Part shown: in pieces, positions 56,273 through 64,000 of the stretch
Numbering within the stretch: position 1 is the stretch's first letter
Layout of the letters: every line of letters starts with the position of its first letter
IMG/VR virus record: IMGVR_UViG_3300027782_000027
Coordinates: 1 to 64,000 of that record
Direction: 5' to 3' (one strand)
Length of the DNA: 64,000 nt
Notes under the pieces: model-generated
Seen by the model: the letters and a program-made list of their open reading frames with translations, nothing else
Told to the model about the DNA's origin: nothing
The model's database searches: none
Position numbers and translations under genes: made by a program

Positions 56273-57520
56273 ATGAGTAAGATAAACCCAATCGGTAGTG
56301 AAAAACTACAAGGAATTGAAAAATTACAAAGAATTATGGAAATTGCAAGATATAAAGAAGCAATCCCAAATTCTATAAATGAAACATCATCAATTGATTA
56401 CAGAATCACATTGGCTGATGGTAATACCTATGAGATTGTTAAAGAAAGATTAGGATACATTATTAAGAAACAAATTAACGAATCTACTTCAGATTATATT
56501 GATGTTATTAAAAATAGAAAACATTTTTCATCATATTCTGCGGCAATGAGAAAATTAAACTTAATGGCTGGTGAACTTAACAGAGTTAATGGTATTAGTG
56601 AAGGTATATCTTTATTTACTGAAGATAAAAAATATATGTTGAAGGCACCTCAACCAAAAATGGAAGCTCCAACTGAAGAACCTTCAGATTTACCGCCACC
56701 ATCTCCTGAGCCAGCTCCGGCACCGGCTCCTGAGGGCGCAATGTCAACACCTCCATCAGATGAGGAATTACCAATGTCTCCTGAAGGTGAAGAGCCGGAT
56801 ATGGACATGGATTTACCTGATATGGAAGATATGGGTGGAGAACCGTCAGAAGGTGGTGAAGGTGAACCTGTTACATTTAAGTCTATCCAAAAGTTAACTG
56901 GTAAGTTGGCTCAAAAGATTAGAGATTATTCAGGTGAAGACGAGTTATCAAGTAAAGATGTAAAATATGTTATTAATTCAATATTATCTTCTTTAGATTT
57001 AAATTCATTAGATGAAGAAGATAAGGAAGAAATCTTAACAAGATTTGATGGTGAAGAAGATTCTGACTATGGAATGGAAGATATGGGTTCAGAAGAAGAC
57101 GAAATTGATATTGATACTGAAGAAGAACCAATTGAAGAACCTGAGGGTGAAATGGCTGAAGGATTTATGGATGAAATGGAATTTAAAGAAGAAGATTATG
57201 TTAATTCAGCTTTAAACAGTATTTTCAGTGAATCAACAATTGAAAAAGTTCTTAAAAGTTATGTTGTAGTTAATGAAAATGAAAAGAAATTTGTTAATAA
57301 CAAGAAAAAAGAACAAAAAGTTATTTCAGAATCAAAAAAAATAAGATACTCAAAAGAAATTGAAAGATTATCTTTAACTGAAGCACAAGCTGAAATATCA
57401 AAAAAGATTGTTAATAATTTCCCATATATAACTTTTGTTGGTAAGACTAATAAAGGTAATTTAGTATTTGAAAATAAAAACAAACAACTTAAGGTATCCC
57501 CACAAGGTAATATCCTATGA
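56273..57520 (+). CDS. acidic Pro-rich putative head/core protein
   Basis: low-complexity P/E/D regions; many (I/L)xE sites; upstream of terminase. Confidence 0.6.
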   Translation: MSKINPIGSEKLQGIEKLQRIMEIARYKEAIPNSINETSSIDYRITLADGNTYEIVKERLGYIIKKQINESTSDYIDVIKNRKHFSSYSAAMRKLNLMAGELNRVNGISEGISLFTEDKKYMLKAPQPKMEAPTEEPSDLPPPSPEPAPAPAPEGAMSTPPSDEELPMSPEGEEPDMDMDLPDMEDMGGEPSEGGEGEPVTFKSIQKLTGKLAQKIRDYSGEDELSSKDVKYVINSILSSLDLNSLDEEDKEEILTRFDGEEDSDYGMEDMGSEEDEIDIDTEEEPIEEPEGEMAEGFMDEMEFKEEDYVNSALNSIFSESTIEKVLKSYVVVNENEKKFVNNKKKEQKVISESKKIRYSKEIERLSLTEAQAEISKKIVNNFPYITFVGKTNKGNLVFENKNKQLKVSPQGNIL

Positions 57521-57936
57521 GTTATTTAGTTTTTGTTAACGGATTAGGGGCAAATTATAAAGGGAATAAAACTTACGAGTTTATTTTCTCAGAAACCACT
57601 GATGTATTTGGTGATGATTGGGACACAAACCCCGCAAATGGGAATCCAACACCACCTGATACTGAAGAAATTAAAAAAGTAGGAGTATTGAATAGAGACG
57701 GAATAGATATGGAGCTCATTCAAAACTCCGATTTTTTTTGTATGAAAGATGCGATTGATAAAGTAATTGCGTTGGCTTGGGAAAAGGATAGTGATAAAGA
57801 TAATAGATTAGTATTTCACTTTGGAATGAGTGAACAACAGGTTAAAGATAAACTATACGAAAAGGACATAATCCTTGAGTATTACAAAGAATTTGAAGAA
57901 AATGGTAACAGAAAAACAAATCCAAGAAATAATTAA
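57517..57936 (+). CDS. hypothetical protein
   Basis: 139-aa ORF coupled to its neighbours. Confidence 0.75.
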   Translation: MSYLVFVNGLGANYKGNKTYEFIFSETTDVFGDDWDTNPANGNPTPPDTEEIKKVGVLNRDGIDMELIQNSDFFCMKDAIDKVIALAWEKDSDKDNRLVFHFGMSEQQVKDKLYEKDIILEYYKEFEENGNRKTNPRNN

Positions 57937-58726
57937 GATGGGTGTTAGTAAAAACACTTTATCAAAGATGACATTAAAAGAAATTAAAAACTTACATGAG
58001 AGTATGGTAAATTCTCAAGGGTTTGTCGGAATGGATAAACCAATCGGAAGAATGGAAACTAAAGAACAAGTTACATCAGTACCTGGAAAACCATCATATA
58101 AGATTGGAGACAAGGGTGGAGTAGTTCCCGCAAACGATAAGGGGTATTCAATAAAGAAAAATACTGATAATACGGTTACCGCAACTCCAATGGAAGAAAA
58201 TAAAAAACCAAAGAAAAAAGTTGAACAAAATCCTTTTGGTATTTGTACGACATCATTAGGTTTAAAAGGTAAAAAGAAAGACGATTATACTAAAGGTGAA
58301 GAGAAAAAATTTGAAAGATGTGTTCTTGATGTCAAAAAGTCATTAAAAGAAGGTAAAAATCCATATGAAGTAATTTTGGAACAAAAAATGAGAGAGATTG
58401 TTGAATCAAATTTAAGACCCACTATGACAAAGAACGATTTAATCAATAGTATTTTGGAATCAAAAACAAAAGAAAAAACTAAAGAGAAAGAAAAAACAAC
58501 TACTCCTACTAGAAAGAATCCTTTCAAACCGGCTCCTGATACTGAGCCAAGACCAAAAGGTTCAGGTACTAAGGAAAAAGAAAAAACTAAAGAAAAGGAA
58601 AGAACAACAACAAATCCTAGAAAAAATCCTTTTCAACCAGCTCCTAACACAGACCCAAGACCAAAAGGTGAATTACCATCATATTTGAATTTTGGTAAAA
58701 TGAATATTAAATTAAAAGGTGAGTAA
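57902..58726 (+). CDS. basic protein with duplicated KEKEKT..RKNPF.PAP...PRPKG tail
   Basis: translation. Confidence 0.75.
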   Translation: MVTEKQIQEIIKMGVSKNTLSKMTLKEIKNLHESMVNSQGFVGMDKPIGRMETKEQVTSVPGKPSYKIGDKGGVVPANDKGYSIKKNTDNTVTATPMEENKKPKKKVEQNPFGICTTSLGLKGKKKDDYTKGEEKKFERCVLDVKKSLKEGKNPYEVILEQKMREIVESNLRPTMTKNDLINSILESKTKEKTKEKEKTTTPTRKNPFKPAPDTEPRPKGSGTKEKEKTKEKERTTTNPRKNPFQPAPNTDPRPKGELPSYLNFGKMNIKLKGE

Positions 58727-60026
58727 GATGAAAAAAGAACAATTAGTAAAAAGATTGGTTAGTCGAATTAATGAGGCTCCTATCGGATACGAAGGACCTG
58801 AAAGAATGGCTCCTGATATCCAATCTAAATTTGAAAAAGGTGAAACTCCTCATTCAGGTAGTAAAGCATTTCCTGAAATTACACCTGAAGGACCGGATAA
58901 ACCATCTAACTTTGAGCAACTTATTGCTTCACAAAGATTTAAAGAGGTTATCAACAGACTAAAAAGATATACTGGTCTTCAAGATGTTACATCACAAAAC
59001 GCGATGATGCAACTTCAAATGATGGTGATGAGTGCTATGCAAGAGATTGCTCAGATTGAATCTGAAAACAAAGAATACTTGGAAGAACTTGCAATTGAAG
59101 TTGTTCAAAAAGAATTCGCAATTCCTGAAGGTTCATTACAATATGATGTAAAGTTAGTTCAACCAAATGATATTGACTCAAGTAAGTTATCACCTAAAGG
59201 TGAAGAACCAAGTGAAGAAGAAATTGAAAATATGTTTGGGTCTGAAGAAGAACAAGAACAACTTGAAGATTTCATGGACTCATTCGAACAATTTGACTTA
59301 GAAAAGGCAAAAAGAAGATTTATCAACTCACTTATTCAAGGAGCCGCTAAACAATCTTCTTATATGTTTGAATTGTTAAACAGAGAGTTAAATGCTATTA
59401 ACCCAAGGTTATTAAATTTGTATGGTGTGTTTATGTCATTTGCTGATTCACTTTATTGGTTAATGCCTGACTCAATGGTTCAAGGTATGGCAGGTGATGG
59501 AGAATCTACTTTTGGTATGTCTGAATTGGATGCTAAAACTGACCCACCGACAGTAAAAGCTCGTGGTGTTAACTTACCAATCCTTATTCATGAACTTGCT
59601 AAAGGTGTTATGGAAATTGCTGGAACATACGGATTACCAAAAGATAAAACAAGACAAGAGGCGGTGATTAACTCACAAGATACTGTTGTAGGTGAAATTT
59701 GGGATATGAGATTAGGTCCTGTTATTTGGCAAAAGTTCCGTGAGTCTTATCCTGATGAGTTATTTGATGACGATAAAAGAAACTTACAACAATATTTTCT
59801 TGTAAAGTTTGCAGAACTTACACCAAACGAATTCTTTGCTATGGCTCGTGAAATTTTATCAGGTTCACCAAAAGGAAAGAAAATGGTAAAAGACATGGTT
59901 GATGAAATTGTAGAGGAATTAAAAGGATATGAGTATGAAGATACTATGAAGAAATATGAGGATGATGATGACGACGATGATGATGAAGATTTTGATGACT
60001 TCTTAAAAGGATTAGGTATCAACTAA
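58719..60026 (+). CDS. conserved large-phage hypothetical protein
   Basis: 435-aa ORF with KRRFINSLIQG and LIHELAKG. Confidence 0.75.
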   Translation: MSKMKKEQLVKRLVSRINEAPIGYEGPERMAPDIQSKFEKGETPHSGSKAFPEITPEGPDKPSNFEQLIASQRFKEVINRLKRYTGLQDVTSQNAMMQLQMMVMSAMQEIAQIESENKEYLEELAIEVVQKEFAIPEGSLQYDVKLVQPNDIDSSKLSPKGEEPSEEEIENMFGSEEEQEQLEDFMDSFEQFDLEKAKRRFINSLIQGAAKQSSYMFELLNRELNAINPRLLNLYGVFMSFADSLYWLMPDSMVQGMAGDGESTFGMSELDAKTDPPTVKARGVNLPILIHELAKGVMEIAGTYGLPKDKTRQEAVINSQDTVVGEIWDMRLGPVIWQKFRESYPDELFDDDKRNLQQYFLVKFAELTPNEFFAMAREILSGSPKGKKMVKDMVDEIVEELKGYEYEDTMKKYEDDDDDDDDEDFDDFLKGLGIN

Positions 60027-60033
60027 AAACTTT

Positions 60034-60059
60034 AAAACCCTTCAGAGATGAAGGGTTTT
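60034..60059 (+). terminator. intrinsic terminator
   Basis: AAAACCCTTCA-GAGA-TGAAGGGTTTT. Confidence 0.8.
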
Positions 60060-60091
60060 CTATTTTACGATAAATTTTATATTTATAGTAT

Positions 60092-61837
60092 ATGAGTTTA
60101 TCTAAAGAAGCCGTTTTAATGGAGTATGCCAAGTGTATGAAATCAACACCATACGCCCTTAAAACTTATTTACAGACATATGACAACACTGTTTCAAAGT
60201 ATGTCCCATTAGAGTTATTCCCTGACCAAATTAGTCTGGTTGAAGATTATGAAAACTATAATGAAAATATTGCACTAAAGTATAGACAAGCTGGTGTATC
60301 TACGGTAACCGCTGCTTGGTCATCAAAAAAACTTGTTTTTGCTAAAAAGAATAGTCCTGAAAAGGTTTTGATTATAGCAAATAAGTTGGATACTGCGGTG
60401 GAGGTGGCGAATAAGATTAGAGGATTCACCGACCAATGGCCTAGTTGGGTTGGTGTTGGGTTTTCTGCTGAAAAAAATTCACAAAGACATTTTAAATTAA
60501 CTAACGGATGTGAAGTTAAGGCAGTTGCGACATCTAAGGATGCTCTTCGTGGTTATACACCCACAATATTAATATTTGACGAGGCTGCGTATATTGAAGC
60601 TGATGGGGATTTTTGGGCGGCTTGTATGGCATCCTTATCTACAGGTGGTAAAGTAATAGTTGTATCAACACCAAACGGATATGACGCAATCTATTATGAA
60701 ATTTACGACCAAGCATTAAAGGGAATGAATGAATTCAAAGTTTCCGAAATGGTTTGGTGGAAAGACCCAAGATATGCGAAAGATTTATCATTAGTTAATG
60801 TTAAAGATATTATTCATTATTATTTAAATCGTAATGAATACCCGAATGTTGAAATTATTGAATATAATAATAAAGAAAAGAACTTTGATGAGATAAGACA
60901 ACTGATTTCACAGGGTTATAAGCCAAACTCATCTTGGTATGAGTCAATGGTAAAGAAACTTAAATACGATAAACGTAAAGTTAACCAGGAGTTGGAATGT
61001 GCGTTTCTTGGTTCAGGGGATAACGTATTTAATTCTGATATGTTGGAAGATTTAAGGGTAAATATGGTTAAGGAACCACCTACGAAGATGATGGGTGGTG
61101 GACTATGGATTTGGAAAGAACCTGAAATAGGTAAAAAATATATCATGGGAGTTGACGTATCTCGTGGTGACAGTGAAGACTTTTCAACATTTCAAATTGT
61201 TGATTTTGATACAAGAGAACAGGTTGCTGAGTATGTTGGTAAACTTCCTCCTGACACTTTGGCTGAAATATGTTATAAGTGGGGTAATATGTATAATGCG
61301 TTCATTGTTGTGGATATTACTGGTGGTATGGGTGTTACAACATCTTTAAGATTAAGGGAACTTGGATATAGGAATGTGTATGTTGATGGAGTTGATGTGT
61401 CAAACAAATGGCAATACGACCCAAAGGCAACTGAAAAAATACCAGGAATTAACTTTAATGCTAAAAGAGTTCAAATTATAGCAACTTTTGAAGAATATCT
61501 AAGACATGGATTTAGAATAAATTCAAGTAGGTTGTTAAATGAAATGAATACATTTATTTACATGAATGGAAGACCTGACCACCAAAAGGGACAACATGAT
61601 GACTTGATTATGTCTGTTGCGATGGCACTTTATGTTGGTGAAACATCATTTTCATCACTTAACAAGGTGACAAATCAAACAAAGGCGATGATTGACTCGT
61701 GGACTGTTAACACTAATGAATTTAATAGAAGACAATTTATGGACCCGGTAATTTCACAACAACAAGAAAACTTTAAACGAGAGGCAACAAAAAGTGACTA
61801 CGAAAACTATTTATGGTTATTCGGTGGTAAACGATAA
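60092..61837 (+). CDS. terL: terminase large subunit (T4 gp17-like)
   Basis: KYRQAGVST Walker A variant, ILIFDEAAY Walker B, STPNG, QELEC.FLG, GVDVSRG, HDDLIM. Confidence 0.93.
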   Translation: MSLSKEAVLMEYAKCMKSTPYALKTYLQTYDNTVSKYVPLELFPDQISLVEDYENYNENIALKYRQAGVSTVTAAWSSKKLVFAKKNSPEKVLIIANKLDTAVEVANKIRGFTDQWPSWVGVGFSAEKNSQRHFKLTNGCEVKAVATSKDALRGYTPTILIFDEAAYIEADGDFWAACMASLSTGGKVIVVSTPNGYDAIYYEIYDQALKGMNEFKVSEMVWWKDPRYAKDLSLVNVKDIIHYYLNRNEYPNVEIIEYNNKEKNFDEIRQLISQGYKPNSSWYESMVKKLKYDKRKVNQELECAFLGSGDNVFNSDMLEDLRVNMVKEPPTKMMGGGLWIWKEPEIGKKYIMGVDVSRGDSEDFSTFQIVDFDTREQVAEYVGKLPPDTLAEICYKWGNMYNAFIVVDITGGMGVTTSLRLRELGYRNVYVDGVDVSNKWQYDPKATEKIPGINFNAKRVQIIATFEEYLRHGFRINSSRLLNEMNTFIYMNGRPDHQKGQHDDLIMSVAMALYVGETSFSSLNKVTNQTKAMIDSWTVNTNEFNRRQFMDPVISQQQENFKREATKSDYENYLWLFGGKR

Positions 61838-61841
61838 AAAT

Positions 61842-63122
61842 ATGGGATTATCTAAAAGACAAAGAACGGGAACATATAACGCGACTGGGTCAAGAATGAT
61901 TGTACCTGGACTGGGTGGATTAAGTTCTAAAATACAAAATGGAGATAAAGTTTCTATTCGACCAAATAACACAATTATTTTTGAACCATCTCCGACGCCT
62001 TCGTCAACATCTATACCAACATCTACACCAACTCCAACACCTTCTATAACTCCAACACCTTCTATAACCCCTACTAATACTGTTACGCCAACAAATACAA
62101 TTACTCCTACTAACACTCAAACACCAACTAATACTGTTACACCAACAAATACTCAAACACCAACTAATACTGTTACACCAACAAATACAATTACACCAAC
62201 AAATACAATTACTCCAACTCAAACACCGACTAATACTGTTACACCAACAAATACTCAAACACCAACACCTACTCAAACTCCTACTAATACACCGACACCT
62301 TCAATTACCCCAACTAAAACTGTAACTCCAACGGTAACTCAAACACCTACTAATACTATAACTCCAACACCTTCAATTACTCCAACTAAAACTGTAACTC
62401 CAACGGTTACTCAAACACCAACTAATACCACAACTAAAACACCTACACCAACTACTACACCTACACCAACAAGATTACCAGCATTAGTTTATGATTTAGA
62501 CGCCGCTTATTATTCCGCAATGCCAACTAATGGTTCTGTAGTTTCTGGAACAGGAGCCTATAGTGTTACAGTAACTAATGCAGGAAGTAGTATATCTTGG
62601 AACAGTGCAAATGGTGGGGTATTTATTAAATCAAATAATGTTGGTACAGATGCGATATATGGTGGTCCAAACTATGTAACCAGTCAAAGTTACACAGTAT
62701 TTATGGCCTATAAACTATCAGCAACATCTCTTGGAAGATTGTTAAACACTCAAAATGAAAGTATTAAGGATTGGTTGATGGGGGCATACAATGGTAATCC
62801 AAATACTTTTTATCCAAACTTTAGTGTAAACTTACCATCATCAGGAGCTGATACAGTTTGGCATTTAGATTGGGCAACTTGGGATACGGGGACTAATACA
62901 GGTACACTGTATACCTCAACAAATACCGCCCCAACTAATTTCTCATATTCTGCAACTAATGGTGGTGGAGGTGGATTTAACCAAATAAGATTGTTTAGTC
63001 GTTCATCAGGTAGTGAAGTACAAACAGCAAACATAGGATTTGTTAAAGTTTGGGATGGGGTATTATCATTATCCCAAATACAGGCTCAACACGCTTTATA
63101 CAAAACTAGATTTGGATATTAA
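61842..63122 (+). CDS. Pro/Thr-repeat stalk protein with C-terminal LamG/ConA-like domain
   Basis: about 160 aa of TPTNT/TPTPT repeats; LVYDLDAA...IG.VKVW...LS..QI...Y..RFG. Confidence 0.8.
   Translation: MGLSKRQRTGTYNATGSRMIVPGLGGLSSKIQNGDKVSIRPNNTIIFEPSPTPSSTSIPTSTPTPTPSITPTPSITPTNTVTPTNTITPTNTQTPTNTVTPTNTQTPTNTVTPTNTITPTNTITPTQTPTNTVTPTNTQTPTPTQTPTNTPTPSITPTKTVTPTVTQTPTNTITPTPSITPTKTVTPTVTQTPTNTTTKTPTPTTTPTPTRLPALVYDLDAAYYSAMPTNGSVVSGTGAYSVTVTNAGSSISWNSANGGVFIKSNNVGTDAIYGGPNYVTSQSYTVFMAYKLSATSLGRLLNTQNESIKDWLMGAYNGNPNTFYPNFSVNLPSSGADTVWHLDWATWDTGTNTGTLYTSTNTAPTNFSYSATNGGGGGFNQIRLFSRSSGSEVQTANIGFVKVWDGVLSLSQIQAQHALYKTRFGY
61988..62470 (+). repeat. coding tandem repeat (18-nt units encoding TPTNT(V/I/Q) and variants)
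   Basis: ACACCAACTAATACT.. units. Confidence 0.85.
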
Positions 63123-63191
63123 AAACCATTCTATGTGTCCATCATGTTTTGATTAAACTTTAATTTAATTTAAAAGTATTTATATTTTAGT

Positions 63192-64000
63192 ATGAGTGAA
63201 AATAAACTAACGGTATGGCAACGGTTATCCCAAACATTTGGACCCAATTCTCTTTTGGGGCAGGATTATCCTACGTACAAATATGATAAAAGTGAATTAT
63301 TAAAAACAACCTCTAAGTCTGAATATGATAGAGAAAAACTTCAGGCACAACAAACATATTATTTAGCTAACCAATGGGGTAGAATTGAAAATAATCTATA
63401 TACACAGGCGGTTTATTATGAACCAACTCGTTTATCATCTTTCTACGACTATGAGTCAATGGAATTTACCCCTGAAATTGGTGCCGCTCTTGACATATAC
63501 GCTGAAGAATCTACAACCATTGACCAAAATGGTTTTATGTTACAAATTTATTCTGAATCATCGAGAATTAAATCAATTCTTGGAGATTTGTTTAATAATG
63601 CTTTAGATATTAACACTAACTTACCTATGTGGATAAGAAACACATGTAAGTATGGTGATAATTTTGTATATCTTAAATTAGACCCTGAAAAAGGTATTAT
63701 AGGATGTATGCAATTACCAATCATTGAGATTGAACGATTGGAAGCGGGTATGGGAGCACACTCAACAGACTCAACAACTAATCCTGAAAAGAAACATTTG
63801 AAGTTCAAATGGAAACAAAAGGATTTAGAGTTTAATACTTGGGAAATTGCTCACTTTAGATTACTTGGTGATGATAGAAGACTTCCTTATGGAACTTCTA
63901 TGTTAGAAAAGGCTCGTCGTATTTGGAAACAATTATTGTTATCTGAAGATGCTATGTTAATCTACAGAACATCAAGAGCACCTGAAAGACGTGTATTTAA
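63192..64000 (+). CDS. portal protein (T4 gp20-like), truncated by the window end; not in the ORF track
   Basis: MSENKLTVWQRL...ESMEFTPEIGAALDIYAEES...HFRL...PYGTSMLEKARRIWKQLLLSEDAMLIYRTSRAPERRVF. Confidence 0.92.
   Translation, partial: MSENKLTVWQRLSQTFGPNSLLGQDYPTYKYDKSELLKTTSKSEYDREKLQAQQTYYLANQWGRIENNLYTQAVYYEPTRLSSFYDYESMEFTPEIGAALDIYAEESTTIDQNGFMLQIYSESSRIKSILGDLFNNALDINTNLPMWIRNTCKYGDNFVYLKLDPEKGIIGCMQLPIIEIERLEAGMGAHSTDSTTNPEKKHLKFKWKQKDLEFNTWEIAHFRLLGDDRRLPYGTSMLEKARRIWKQLLLSEDAMLIYRTSRAPERRVF

Noticed and set aside
61988-62470. Pro/Thr repeat as a CRISPR-like or non-coding array
   Set aside because: No unique spacers; it is a codon-phased low-complexity protein repeat. The antisense ORFs 61817-62116 and 62004-62276 are shadows.
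63385-63808. Track ORFs 63385-63606 and 63548-63808
   Set aside because: They lie within the portal gene, which runs from 63192 off the window end.
1-64000. Alternative genetic code (stop-codon reassignment)
   Set aside because: Conserved genes (terminase, ClpC, PPK2, portal) are intact in the standard code and coding density is high.

Overview
AT-rich (about 30% GC by eye), gene-dense segment of a large T4-like (jumbo) phage, read in the standard code. The host is probably a Bacteroidota, inferred from recurrent TAnnTTTG -7 promoter elements. The right end holds the packaging core (large terminase 60092-61837, start of a gp20-like portal at 63192), preceded by a ClpC-like ATPase, a peptidase, a KTSC protein, a nucleotidyltransferase, tmRNA, tRNA-Arg(UCU), an HNH nuclease and a probable lysis module. 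The left 45 kb is accessory: dozens of small genes share a few modular N-terminal leaders (MKYLITESQL, MKKIVRLTESDL, MNLQENIKRILREE), mixed with auxiliary enzymes (GT2, LpxH-like phosphoesterase, denV-like glycosylase, FKBP PPIase, AsnRS-like enzyme, PPK2-lysozyme fusion, RmlC). The main finding is four paralogous genes (435-1235, 1222-1899, 1883-2521, 9657-10385), each carrying a CRISPR-like array inside its reading frame: 36-nt repeats with 26 unique 30-nt spacers in total. The repeat boundaries fall mid-codon, the repeats decay toward the gene 3' end, the spacers are GC-richer than the phage and never contain an in-frame stop, and several translate into recognisable bacterial motifs (e.g. 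SecA-like AGKAGTVTIA). No cas gene is present in the window. This suggests spacer-acquisition-type capture of foreign DNA as in-frame peptide cassettes, which is an inference that needs testing. Other candidates are an Asn-rich leader-peptide attenuator before the AsnRS-like gene, a tmRNA with a non-canonical 21-aa tag, and a possible origin or terminus near 13.3 kb. Family assignments come from motif recall, not database searches.
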